Assembly (NCBI GenBank): GCA_905198745.1
Contig: CAJKDU010000007.1
Span: 7,565-71,564, forward strand
DNA: 64,000 nt
Direction: 5' to 3'
Source of the DNA: an uncultured Prevotella sp.
Lineage (GTDB): Bacteria; Bacteroidota; Bacteroidia; Bacteroidales; Bacteroidaceae
Numbering within the stretch: the first letter of the stretch is position 1; each line of letters starts with the position of its first letter. Made by a program: the position numbers and the translations under genes. The notes under the pieces are model-generated. The model made no database searches. It saw only the letters and a program-made list of their open reading frames with translations, and was not told the origin of the DNA. Below, one piece after another: positions 49,860-59,045 of the stretch.

Positions 49860-50482
49860 TCCATTGCGAATCTTTTCCTGATGAATGCCTTGATGAACAG
49901 CTCCGTCTCCTCAATGCCCAGGATGCTCGAGTTGATGCACAGGTCATAGCTGGCTCCGTGTCCCCATTTCTTGCCCGTGTAGTAGTTGTAGTACGACGAG
50001 CGGTCGCTCTCCTGGTTCTCGATGATGCGCTCGGCGGTCTCCATGTCGCACAGATGGCGGCGACTCACGCGCATGGCCCGGTCTTTCATGTCGGCTGTGA
50101 TGAACACGCTCACCGTATTCTCGTAGTCACGCAGCACGTAGTCGGCGCAGCGGCCTACAAACACGCATGAGCCCTCATCGGCGGCTTTCTTGATAGCGTC
50201 GCTTTGAAACTGGAACAGGCTCTCCTGCGAGAACTTGTTGTTGTAAAACGTGGTGTCGCTGGCAAAGGGCATGTGGATGTGGAAGAGCGACTTGAAGAAG
50301 CCTTTCTGCTCGTCGTTCTGCTCAAAGAACTTCTTGCTGAACCCGCTTTCTTCGGCTGCGAGGTTGAGCAACTCCTTGTCATAGAATTTGCATCCAAAGT
50401 CGCGTGCGAGCATTTTGGCTATGTCGTGTCCGCCGCTGCCCAGTTGTCGGCCTATGTTAATGATTATTTTCTTGTCTTCCAT
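49856..50482 (-). CDS. cytidylate kinase-like family protein
   Basis: IGRQLGSGG, VFVGRCADYVL, YYNYYTGKKWG and YDLCINS motifs. Confidence 0.85.
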   Translation of the reverse strand: MEDKKIIINIGRQLGSGGHDIAKMLARDFGCKFYDKELLNLAAEESGFSKKFFEQNDEQKGFFKSLFHIHMPFASDTTFYNNKFSQESLFQFQSDAIKKAADEGSCVFVGRCADYVLRDYENTVSVFITADMKDRAMRVSRRHLCDMETAERIIENQESDRSSYYNYYTGKKWGHGASYDLCINSSILGIEETELFIKAFIRKRFAME

Positions 50483-51842
50483 TGGTGAGTTCTTTATGTT
50501 GTTTCATAAATCGTTTCATATAAGCAGTCATAATCCATCCCGCGACGATGGCGGCAATAAGGTCAGACACAGGCATGGCTGCCCACACACCGTCTATCTT
50601 GAATAGCGGCGGAAGGATGATGAGCATGGGGAGCAGGAAGAGCAATTGGCGCGAGAGCGAGAGAAACATGCTGATCTTCGCCTTGCCGATACTCTGGAAG
50701 AAACTCGTTACCACCATCTGATAGCCTACGATGGGGAACGTCAGCATTTCGATGCGGATACCCCTGATGGACATCTCGATGAGCGTCTGGTCTGTGGTGA
50801 ACAGTCGGGCGCAGAACCCAGGAAGCAGCATGGCCACGAGGAATCCGCTTGTCATGATTATGGTGCCGGCTATCATCGAGAGCTTGAGCACGTGGAGCAT
50901 GCGGTCGAGCTGCTGCGAACCATAGTTGTAGCCAGCAATTGGCTGCATGCCCTGGTTGAGTCCGATGTTGACCATCACGAAGATGAATGCCACCTTGTTG
51001 GCAATGCCATAGGCCCCCACAGCCAGGTCGCCTCCATAGGTCACCATGCCATGGTTGATAAAGATGACCACGATGCAGGCACACACGTTCATGGCGAAAG
51101 GAGATACTCCCACGCCAAGTATGTTTTTCACAATGTCGGACTTGACCCGGTAGGTGCCCCGTTTGAAGTGGAGTATCTCGTTCTTATTGTTGAATATGCG
51201 GAATTGCCACAACAGAGCCACCAACTGCGAGAGTATGGTGGCAAGGGCAGCTCCGCGTATGCCCATGTGCAGGGGCCAGATGAAGATGGGAGAGAGGATG
51301 GCGTTGAGCACCACCGTAAAGATGGTCAGATACATGGCCATCCTTGGCTTGCCTGCCGCGCGGAGCACGGCGTTCAGACCAAAGTACATGTGGGAGATGA
51401 GGTTGCCCGCCATCACGATGACCATGTAGTCGTGGGCATAGGGAAGGGTGTTGTCGCTGGCTCCGAAGAAGCGGAGTATGGGGTCGAGGAACAAAAGGCT
51501 CACGATGCCTACGGCAAGGCCGATGATAGTGTTGAGGGTAACTGTGTTGCCGAGAATGTTGTCTGCCGTCTTGTAGTCCTTCTGTCCGAGTTTCATGGAG
51601 ATGAACGTTGAGGCGCCAACGCCTACACCGGCGCCGAAGGCTGCCGCCAGGTTCATCAAAGGAAATGTGATCGCCAATCCTGAAATGGCGAGTGCGCCCA
51701 CACCTTGACCAATGAAGATGCTGTCGGTCATGTTGTAGAGCGAAGATGCCGTCATCGCTATGATGGCAGGGATGGCATACTGCGTGAGCAGTTGCCCCAC
51801 TGGCTTTGTGCCCAGTTCCAATGCTGCTTTCTTGTTTTCCAT
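50457..51842 (-). CDS. MATE family efflux transporter
   Basis: About 12 TM helices; YNMTDSIFIG, MGIRGAALAT and QPIAGYNYG motifs; start at ATG 51842. Confidence 0.93.
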   Translation of the reverse strand: MENKKAALELGTKPVGQLLTQYAIPAIIAMTASSLYNMTDSIFIGQGVGALAISGLAITFPLMNLAAAFGAGVGVGASTFISMKLGQKDYKTADNILGNTVTLNTIIGLAVGIVSLLFLDPILRFFGASDNTLPYAHDYMVIVMAGNLISHMYFGLNAVLRAAGKPRMAMYLTIFTVVLNAILSPIFIWPLHMGIRGAALATILSQLVALLWQFRIFNNKNEILHFKRGTYRVKSDIVKNILGVGVSPFAMNVCACIVVIFINHGMVTYGGDLAVGAYGIANKVAFIFVMVNIGLNQGMQPIAGYNYGSQQLDRMLHVLKLSMIAGTIIMTSGFLVAMLLPGFCARLFTTDQTLIEMSIRGIRIEMLTFPIVGYQMVVTSFFQSIGKAKISMFLSLSRQLLFLLPMLIILPPLFKIDGVWAAMPVSDLIAAIVAGWIMTAYMKRFMKQHKELTNGRQENNH

Positions 51843-51857
51843 TGTTTTATAAATATG

Positions 51858-51970
51858 TGCAAAGATAGTGTAAATCGAAGACAATACAAAATAAAAAGCT
51901 ACCGTATTTTTATTTTTATTGTTGAGGTGGCGCCTATCTTATGCAAGGATTGTGCAAATCGAAGACAATA
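51858..51970. repeat. 29-bp imperfect direct repeat at 84-bp period enclosing a hairpin
   Basis: TGCAAAGATAGTGTAAATCGAAGACAATA (51858-51886) versus TGCAAGGATTGTGCAAATCGAAGACAATA (51942-51970), 26/29 identical. Confidence 0.8.
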
Positions 51971-52104
51971 GATAATAGGAAAGGTGCATCCGGAATATGT
52001 AGAGATAGTTGTGGATCTGAAGTTAGGATTGACACAAAAACGAAGTGAAGGCCCTGCATTTGTTAGTCTTTATCTTCTTGCCTACTTGGTGAATGAACGA
52101 TTCT

Positions 52105-52400
52105 TTCACGCGCGCACGCGCAAGAAAAGTTTTTCGTTTTTTCACCACTATCTATCACTTTTCTTGATATCTTACAATATTCGGTTGGTTTTGAGCGATA
52201 TAGATGGAGTGATAGATGCGTGATAGATGGCTTTCTATCCATCACTTCTATCACCGATCCATCACTTGTGAAGTTTAAGTAGAATGTTCAAAATGAATCC
52301 GCCTGTTTGGACAATTGTTGCCCAAACAGGCGGGCCAAGCGCAAGTGTGTCACTAACAAATAGTTAACGCCACATTAAAGAACCATTAACGGCACACCAA
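52105..52400 (-). repeat. modular intergenic repeat, minus-strand copy (left arm of the inverted pair)
   Basis: TTCACGCGCGCACGCGCAAGAAAAGTTTTTCGTTTTTTCACC closely matches the reverse complement of the 29.6 kb end; GTGATAGATG repeats follow. Confidence 0.9.
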
Positions 52401-52695
52401 TGCCTTGTTAGCGACACGTTGTCGATTCCTTAGTGGCAGACTTCCATCTGGTCCCTCAGCCTGGGCATTCATTGCCACGGCCGTGGGCAATGAATGCCCA
52501 TACCTCAGAACAGATTTTGGGCATTCCGTTAGAGATCGGTAAACGACAAATCGATGGTGAATGTGGTGGATGTTTGGCCATCTTTCATGCACCTGCTAAT
52601 CGGTCTATCTCGCTCATAACCAATATAAAAATGTCTGATATCAAGATAAGTGATGGACTTCGGCAAAAATCCACAAACTTTCATTGTGCACGCGT
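52401..52695 (+). repeat. modular intergenic repeat, plus-strand copy (right arm of the inverted pair)
   Basis: TTAGTGGCAGACTTCC unit, hairpin 52462-52500 with perfect 15-bp arms, then a decayed AATGTC...AAGTGATGGA...AAACTTT...GCACGCGT tail. Confidence 0.8.
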
Positions 52696-52947
52696 CAGGT
52701 TACCGAAAAAGACGGCAAAAGGACAAAGTCAAATAATGGTACGGCTTTCAATCTGTCTATCAGTCAATCGAAACGTTCAAACAGAAATGGTCATTGCAAA
52801 TCCCGGATAAACCATTCACTTGTCCATCACGGATGGGGCTTTAGTGTCTTTCGGTCCGGTTGTTCCCTTTTTCTTCAAAATTACTTATTTTTTAAGTAAT
52901 TAAAGAATTGAAATGCCCAAATGTTTTGCCGTTAAGGATAAAAAGTC

Positions 52948-52955
52948 TAATTTTG
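52948..52955 (+). promoter_or_regulatory. -7 promoter box (TAATTTTG) for the 53002 operon
   Basis: TAnnTTTG about 46 nt upstream of the start. Confidence 0.6.
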
Positions 52956-53001
52956 CAGTTAACTATAGTTATTAATAAAAATAAAAGCTTTTAAGGTAAA
53001 A

Positions 53002-53874
53002 ATGAATAAGAAAGTATTGATCCCTGTTATTGTTGTTGGCCTTCTTCTTGTGGCTGGCATCGCCTATCTTTCCTACAGCCTTTCACGCCAGAAACAGGCC
53101 AACAAGGACATGCAGGAACTCGCGGAACTCGACAAGAAGGAGATGGAAAACGAATACCAGCAATTCGCCGACCAGTACAGCGAGATGAAGACGCGCATCA
53201 ACAACGACTCTATCGTGGCGCAACTCACCCAGGAACAACTGCGCACCCAGCAGCTTCTTAGCGAACTCAAACGCGTGAAGAGCAACGACGCCAACGAAAT
53301 TATGCGCCTTAAACGGGAACTTGCCACCGTGCGCAAGGTGCTCCGCAACTATATTCTTGAGATAGACTCGCTCAATCGCCTCAACCAGAATCTCACGGCC
53401 GAGAATACACGCGTGAAGGGACAGTATGCTGAAAGCTTGAAACAGATAGAGAATATCAGTGCCGACAAGGCATCGCTTTCGGAGAAGGTGGCCATCGCTT
53501 CGCAACTCGATGCCACTGGCATCAGCATGTCCATGCTCAAGAGTAATCACAAGCCCACCGACCGCATTAAAAAGGCCAAGACCATACAGGTGAGTTTCAA
53601 AATAGCCAAGAACGTTACCGCCCAGAGCGGCGTGCGTACCCTCTACGTGCGCATCACTACGCCAACCGGTGCCGTCCTGCAAGGTGGAGGCTCCTTCAAT
53701 TACGAAAACCGCAACATGCAGTGCTCCATGAAGAAGAGCATAGAATATGGCGGACAGGAAACATCCGTGGTTACCTATCGGCCTATCGGAGAGTCGCTTG
53801 ACGGCGGAACCTATTTGGTGAGCATCTTTGAAGGCGGCAACATGATAGGCTCCAGAAGTTTCACATTTAAATAA
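53002..53874 (+). CDS. membrane-anchored coiled-coil protein with beta-rich C-terminal domain
   Basis: N-terminal TM helix, long heptad region, C-terminal beta-strands. Confidence 0.82.
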   Translation: MNKKVLIPVIVVGLLLVAGIAYLSYSLSRQKQANKDMQELAELDKKEMENEYQQFADQYSEMKTRINNDSIVAQLTQEQLRTQQLLSELKRVKSNDANEIMRLKRELATVRKVLRNYILEIDSLNRLNQNLTAENTRVKGQYAESLKQIENISADKASLSEKVAIASQLDATGISMSMLKSNHKPTDRIKKAKTIQVSFKIAKNVTAQSGVRTLYVRITTPTGAVLQGGGSFNYENRNMQCSMKKSIEYGGQETSVVTYRPIGESLDGGTYLVSIFEGGNMIGSRSFTFK

Positions 53875-53898
53875 AGGAAAGTTTTCCATACGTATATT

Positions 53899-55395
53899 AT
53901 GAATATCAGAACGTTCGTTTTAGCGGCATTGGCAGCCGCGACAACCGTTGACGTGGGAGCGCAGCAGGTGCTCACACTCGACAGTTGCCGCGCAATGGCG
54001 CTGCGCAACAATAAAAAACTGGGCACTGCCAGGCTCAAGCAGGAGATGGCGATGAACACCCGCAAGGCGGCCCGCACCAAGTATCTGCCACATGTCGACG
54101 TGGTGGGCGGATACACTTTTACCAGTCGTGAAATCTCACTCCTCAACAAACAGCAAAAGGCGGCATTCAACGGACTGGGCTCCAATCTTGTGCAGGGGCT
54201 CTCGGCCAACCTTCAACCTACACTCTCAGGACTTGTGGAGCAGGGACTTATCAGTGCGGAACAGGCTGGACAGTTCGGCCAGGTCCTTGGCAAACTCGGT
54301 CAAGACATGGCAGAGCCTCTCAACCAGGCAGGACGTAAGGTGACCGACGCCTTCCGTACTGACACCCGAAACATATTTGCAGCATCCGTCATGGTTACCC
54401 AACCTATATATATGGGTGGTGCCATCATCGCTGCCAACAAAATGGCGGACATCAGCGAGCAACTCGCAGCCAACGACCGGCAGAGCCAACTCCAGTCAAC
54501 GCTCTACGACATTGACCAAGCCTATTGGATGGTGGTGTCGCTCAAGCAGAAAAAGAAGTTGGCTGACAATTATCTCAAACTCGTCAACAAGTTCAGCGAC
54601 GATGTGGACAAGATGATCAAGCAAGGTGTGGCTACACGTGCTGACGGTCTCAAGGTAGACGTGAAAGTGAACGAGGCAGAGATGACGCTCACCCAAGTGG
54701 AGAACGGGCTGTCGCTCTCCAAGATGCTGCTCTGCCAACTCTGCGGCATGCCCGTGAGCGACCAGGTGACCCTGGCAGACGAGGACCGTGAGGACTTCCG
54801 CTCTGAGCAGCCAGACCCAATAGGCACCAACGAGGAAGCCATCGAGAACCGTCCCGAACTCCTCATGCTTCAAAACGCTGTGGAGTTGGCCAAGCAGTCC
54901 ACCCGGTTGGTGCGTGCTGCCTATCTGCCCCAAGTGGCGCTTACGGGCGGCTACATGGTGAGCAATCCCAATGTGTTCAATGGCTTTGAGAAGAAATTCG
55001 CAGGCGTTTGGAACGTGGGCGTGTTGGTACGCGTGCCGGTGTGGAACTGGTTTGAGGGTGCCTACAAGGTGCGCGCCAGTCGCAACGCGGCAGCCATTGC
55101 GGCGCTGGAGCTGAGCGACGCGCAGGAAAAGGTAAACCTCCAGGTCAACCAGTGTCGCTACAAGCTGGGCGAGGCTTCCAAAAGACTGCGCATGGCACAG
55201 AAAAACATAGAGAGTGCCGACGAGAACCTGCGCTGTGCCAACCTTGGCTTCAAGGAGGGCGTGATGCAGACCACCGACGTTATGACGGCACAGACAGCCT
55301 GGCTACAGGCACAGACCCAGAAAATAGATGCCGAGATTGACGTCAAACTCTCGCAGGTAGGTCTGCGAAAGGCTCTCGGACAACTCAAGCAATAG
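53899..55395 (+). CDS. TolC family outer-membrane efflux protein
   Basis: LTLDSCRAMALRNN, YLP, TQPIYMGG and VPVWNW repeat pattern. Confidence 0.92.
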   Translation: MNIRTFVLAALAAATTVDVGAQQVLTLDSCRAMALRNNKKLGTARLKQEMAMNTRKAARTKYLPHVDVVGGYTFTSREISLLNKQQKAAFNGLGSNLVQGLSANLQPTLSGLVEQGLISAEQAGQFGQVLGKLGQDMAEPLNQAGRKVTDAFRTDTRNIFAASVMVTQPIYMGGAIIAANKMADISEQLAANDRQSQLQSTLYDIDQAYWMVVSLKQKKKLADNYLKLVNKFSDDVDKMIKQGVATRADGLKVDVKVNEAEMTLTQVENGLSLSKMLLCQLCGMPVSDQVTLADEDREDFRSEQPDPIGTNEEAIENRPELLMLQNAVELAKQSTRLVRAAYLPQVALTGGYMVSNPNVFNGFEKKFAGVWNVGVLVRVPVWNWFEGAYKVRASRNAAAIAALELSDAQEKVNLQVNQCRYKLGEASKRLRMAQKNIESADENLRCANLGFKEGVMQTTDVMTAQTAWLQAQTQKIDAEIDVKLSQVGLRKALGQLKQ

Positions 55396-55436
55396 AATCA
55401 AGGAGAAGAACAACAAACATAGAAAAAGAGAAAATT

Positions 55437-56429
55437 ATGACAGCTAAAAGTCAACACAAGAATATCCTCATCACAACAGGCGTCATCACCTGTGTCATCG
55501 TTATTGTTGCCGTAGCAGGCTACCTGCTGCTCGGCAAGCAAACAGAGGTTATCCAGGGACAGGTGGAAGTGGCGGAATACCGGGTGTCTTCGAAACTGCC
55601 CGGACGCGTGGTGGAAATCCGGGTGAAAGAGGGCGACTATGTTCATGCCGGCGACACACTTGCCATACTCGAAGTGCCGGAGGTCGACGCACAGAAGAAA
55701 AGTGCCGAGGCAACGGAGGGCGCAGCCAGTGCCGTGAGCTCCATGACCGACAAGGGCGCACGCCAGGAACAGGTGCAGGCTGCCTTCCAGCTGGTGCAGC
55801 AGGCACAGGCCGCACGTGACATTGCCAAGAAAACCTATGACCGTATGCAGAACCTCTACGACGAGGGCGTGATGAGCGCACAGAAACGTGACGAGGCATT
55901 CGCAGTCTACAAGGCAAGCGAAGCCCAGGTGATGGCTGCCAAGAGCCAGTATGACATGGCACGCAACGGTGCACGTCAGGAAGAGAAAAAGGCTGCAGCC
56001 GAACAGGTCAAGGCAGCTCAGGGCATGGTAGACGTGGTGAAGTCGCTGCTCCGCGAAACCGTGCAGGTGGCACAGTATGACGGCGAGGTGAGCGACATCT
56101 ATCCCAAGGTCGGCGAACTCGTTGGCATGGGATCACCCATCATGAGCATCTCGCTCATGGACGACATCTGGGGTACGTTCAATGTGCGTGAAGACCAACT
56201 GGCCGGCATGAAGGTCGGCGAAACCTTTACAGCCTACTCACCAGCCTTCAACAAGGACATCAAGATGAAGGTATACTACATGAAAGACCAAGGTAGCTAT
56301 GCCGCATGGAAGGCCACCAAGGCCAACGGCGACTACGACCTCAAAACTTTCGAGGTGAAGGCGCGTCCAGTGACTAAACTTGAGGGCTTGCGCCCAGGCA
56401 TGTCGCTCATCATCAAGGAGAATAAATGA
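55437..56429 (+). CDS. HlyD family membrane fusion protein
   Basis: VSSKLPGRV...VKEGD lipoyl-like halves, helical hairpin, LRPGMS. Confidence 0.93.
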   Translation: MTAKSQHKNILITTGVITCVIVIVAVAGYLLLGKQTEVIQGQVEVAEYRVSSKLPGRVVEIRVKEGDYVHAGDTLAILEVPEVDAQKKSAEATEGAASAVSSMTDKGARQEQVQAAFQLVQQAQAARDIAKKTYDRMQNLYDEGVMSAQKRDEAFAVYKASEAQVMAAKSQYDMARNGARQEEKKAAAEQVKAAQGMVDVVKSLLRETVQVAQYDGEVSDIYPKVGELVGMGSPIMSISLMDDIWGTFNVREDQLAGMKVGETFTAYSPAFNKDIKMKVYYMKDQGSYAAWKATKANGDYDLKTFEVKARPVTKLEGLRPGMSLIIKENK

Positions 56430-57604
56430 CACCGCGACAGCAACTCATCACGCTCTGGGGACTGCTCAAGAGGCAGGCCGTACAGATGGTGTACAACTAT
56501 GTCTACATCCTGTGCATGGTGGTGTTCCCTCTGCTATGTACCTTCTTCTTCGCCGACCTGATGAAGAACGGACTGCCCACTGACATGCCAGCCGGTGCGG
56601 TAGACCTCGACCAGACCTCGACCAGCAGGAAACTCGTGCGCACTCTCGATGCCATGCAACTCACCAGTGTGAAGAAAATCTACCCTAATGCCACTGAGGC
56701 AAGGCGTGCTATGCAGCGTGGAGAAATATACGGGTTCTTCTACATTCCGGAGAATTTCAATAAGGATGTACAGGCAGGCAGACAACCTGTTGTCTCCTTC
56801 TATTACAATGGTGGTTATATTCTCGCTGGATCCATGCTCTACAAGGACATGAAGACCACAGCCACCCTCGGGACTGCAGCCGTGGGCATGACCAAGCTTG
56901 CCGCCCTCGGTATGACTGAACGTGAAATCATGGCGAACCTGCAGCCCATCACTGTGGATACACGCATTACCCATAATCCCACGATGGACTACAACGTCTA
57001 TCTCTCCACCTCGATGATTCCCACCTGTCTTGGCATCTTCATCTTCCTTATCACAGTCTATTCGCTTGGCACGGAACTGAAGTTCCGCAGCGGAAAGCGA
57101 TGGATGGGTCAGGCAAAGGGAAACATCTGGATTGCCATGACGGCCAAGATGCTGCCGCAGACTTTCGTATTCACAGCCATTGTCTTTGCCTATCTCTACG
57201 GACTCTATGGCGTGATGCATTTTCCTTACTACTGCTCCAAGGAACTCATTCTCTTCAACGGCTTCCTGCTCGTGCTCGCCTGCCAGGGCTTCGGCGTGTT
57301 CATGTTTGGACTGCTTCCGTCGCTTCGCATGGCCATGAGCCTGTGCGCTTTGTTCTCGGTGGCGAGCTTCAGTATCGGTGGTTTCACCTTCCCCGTGGAG
57401 GCGATGGATGCACCGCTCCAGGCGCTTGCTTACCTGTTCCCCATGCGCAGCTATTTCATGATTTACCAAATGACGGTACTCAACGGCTATGCTCCCCATT
57501 ATGCCCAGGTGTACTATCTCATTCTCTTGGCATTCATCCTCCTGCCGCTTACTGTCATTCCCCGCATCCGCAAGGTGATGCTCCACTACGTTTACATTCC
57601 ATAG
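56426..57604 (+). CDS. ABC-2 type transporter permease
   Basis: N-terminal TM, VDLDQTSTSR periplasmic domain, NPTMDY, C-terminal TM bundle with GFTFP. Confidence 0.9.
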   Translation: MTPRQQLITLWGLLKRQAVQMVYNYVYILCMVVFPLLCTFFFADLMKNGLPTDMPAGAVDLDQTSTSRKLVRTLDAMQLTSVKKIYPNATEARRAMQRGEIYGFFYIPENFNKDVQAGRQPVVSFYYNGGYILAGSMLYKDMKTTATLGTAAVGMTKLAALGMTEREIMANLQPITVDTRITHNPTMDYNVYLSTSMIPTCLGIFIFLITVYSLGTELKFRSGKRWMGQAKGNIWIAMTAKMLPQTFVFTAIVFAYLYGLYGVMHFPYYCSKELILFNGFLLVLACQGFGVFMFGLLPSLRMAMSLCALFSVASFSIGGFTFPVEAMDAPLQALAYLFPMRSYFMIYQMTVLNGYAPHYAQVYYLILLAFILLPLTVIPRIRKVMLHYVYIP

Positions 57605-57608
57605 TACT

Positions 57609-58841
57609 ATGCTGTTCAGAATCAAACAAGCCATATCCGACCTGAGCTTCATCTTCGTTCAGGAACTGAAGAACGTGTTTCGCGACGAGGGTGTGCTCAT
57701 CTTCTTTATCCTCGTCCCCCTGGGCTATCCGCTACTCTACGGATGGATTTACAACAACGAGGGAATCAAGGATGTGCCCACGGCTTTCGTCGATGAGTCG
57801 CATTCGTTCCTCAGCCGCGAGTTTATCCGTAAATGTGACGCCACCGACGGCATACAGGTGGCTGCCGTTCTGGGAAATTTGGAGGATGCAAGAGAGATGC
57901 AGCGTAGGCAAGACTGCCACGGCATTGTCTACATTCCCTCGGACTTCGGCACGAAAATCAACCTCAAGGAGCAGACCAATGTGAAGTTCTTTGCCGACAT
58001 GAGCGGCATGCTCTACTATAAGGCCATCTTTGCCGCCCTTACCGACGTGTCGCTCGACATGGGTCGTGAAATACAGATTTCCCGTTCCACCGACTTCACC
58101 GACCGTGACGACGAATTGACCACGGCGCCCGTCAGAATGGAGGCTGTTCAGATATTCAATCCTGCAGGAGGCTATGGCTCGTTCCTGCTGCCGGCAGTGC
58201 TTGTGCTCATCATCCAGCAGACGCTGTTGCTCGGCATCGGCCTCTCTGCCGGTACGGCTCGCGAGAGCAACCGTTACAATGAGTTGGTGCCCGTGAAGCG
58301 TCACAACAATGGAATGTTCCGCATCGTCTTCGGTAAAAGCCTCTGCTATTTTGCCATCTATCTTCTTGTCACGGTGTGGATAACGCTTGCCATACCGCGC
58401 ATATTCAATTTCATACAGTTGGCTCCGGCACGCGAACTGATAGGCATACTGTTGCCTTACGTGTTGGCAAGCATTTTCTTCGGCATGACACTCTCATGCA
58501 TTGTGCGCTATCGTGAGAACGTGATGTTGCTGGTGCTCTTCACCTCAGTGCCCCTGCTCTTTCTTTCGGGCGTGTCATGGCCCGGCAGTGCCATTTCGGG
58601 CATGTGGAAGGGTGTTTCCTATCTCTTCCCTTCCACCTTCGGCATTAACGCCTTTGTCAAGGCCAACAGTTTCGGGGCAAGTCTGGAAGATGTGCGCTTT
58701 GAGTATCAGGCCCTGTGGATTCAGGCAGCCGTCTATTTCTTCACGGCGTGTATTGTCTATTGGCGCCAAATCAATATGGCACGTGTCAATACCTTGGGCA
58801 GAAATCTGGAGGCAAGAAGGAATAAACAGGTAGGAGCATAG
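57609..58841 (+). CDS. ABC-2 type transporter permease
   Basis: VDESHSFLSR, FNPAGGY, IIQQTLLLG and LSGVSWP motifs. Confidence 0.9.
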   Translation: MLFRIKQAISDLSFIFVQELKNVFRDEGVLIFFILVPLGYPLLYGWIYNNEGIKDVPTAFVDESHSFLSREFIRKCDATDGIQVAAVLGNLEDAREMQRRQDCHGIVYIPSDFGTKINLKEQTNVKFFADMSGMLYYKAIFAALTDVSLDMGREIQISRSTDFTDRDDELTTAPVRMEAVQIFNPAGGYGSFLLPAVLVLIIQQTLLLGIGLSAGTARESNRYNELVPVKRHNNGMFRIVFGKSLCYFAIYLLVTVWITLAIPRIFNFIQLAPARELIGILLPYVLASIFFGMTLSCIVRYRENVMLLVLFTSVPLLFLSGVSWPGSAISGMWKGVSYLFPSTFGINAFVKANSFGASLEDVRFEYQALWIQAAVYFFTACIVYWRQINMARVNTLGRNLEARRNKQVGA

Positions 58842-58929
58842 TTTGTTTTTAGTGACTATATACCTATGACTTGACCATTTACATGCTTCTGTTTCTTGAA
58901 GGATGAGGGGGAAACAACAAATGATATAA

Positions 58930-58984
58930 ACTATAAATGCCATACGGACAATTCAAAAGAATTTGTTCGTATGGCATTTATAGT
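58930..58984. terminator. long hairpin between convergent genes
   Basis: ACTATAAATGCCATACGGACAA/TTGTTCGTATGGCATTTATAGT, 21 of 22 positions complementary. Confidence 0.7.
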
Positions 58985-59045
58985 GAGTAGTAATAATCTG
59001 CTGAGTCAAGACGAATACAGACAGTTCCCAAATAAAGCCTGTCAG

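Noticed and set aside
49856..50482. Second cmk gene
   Set aside because: Lacks the canonical Cmk motifs; it belongs to the cytidylate kinase-like family often found beside transporters
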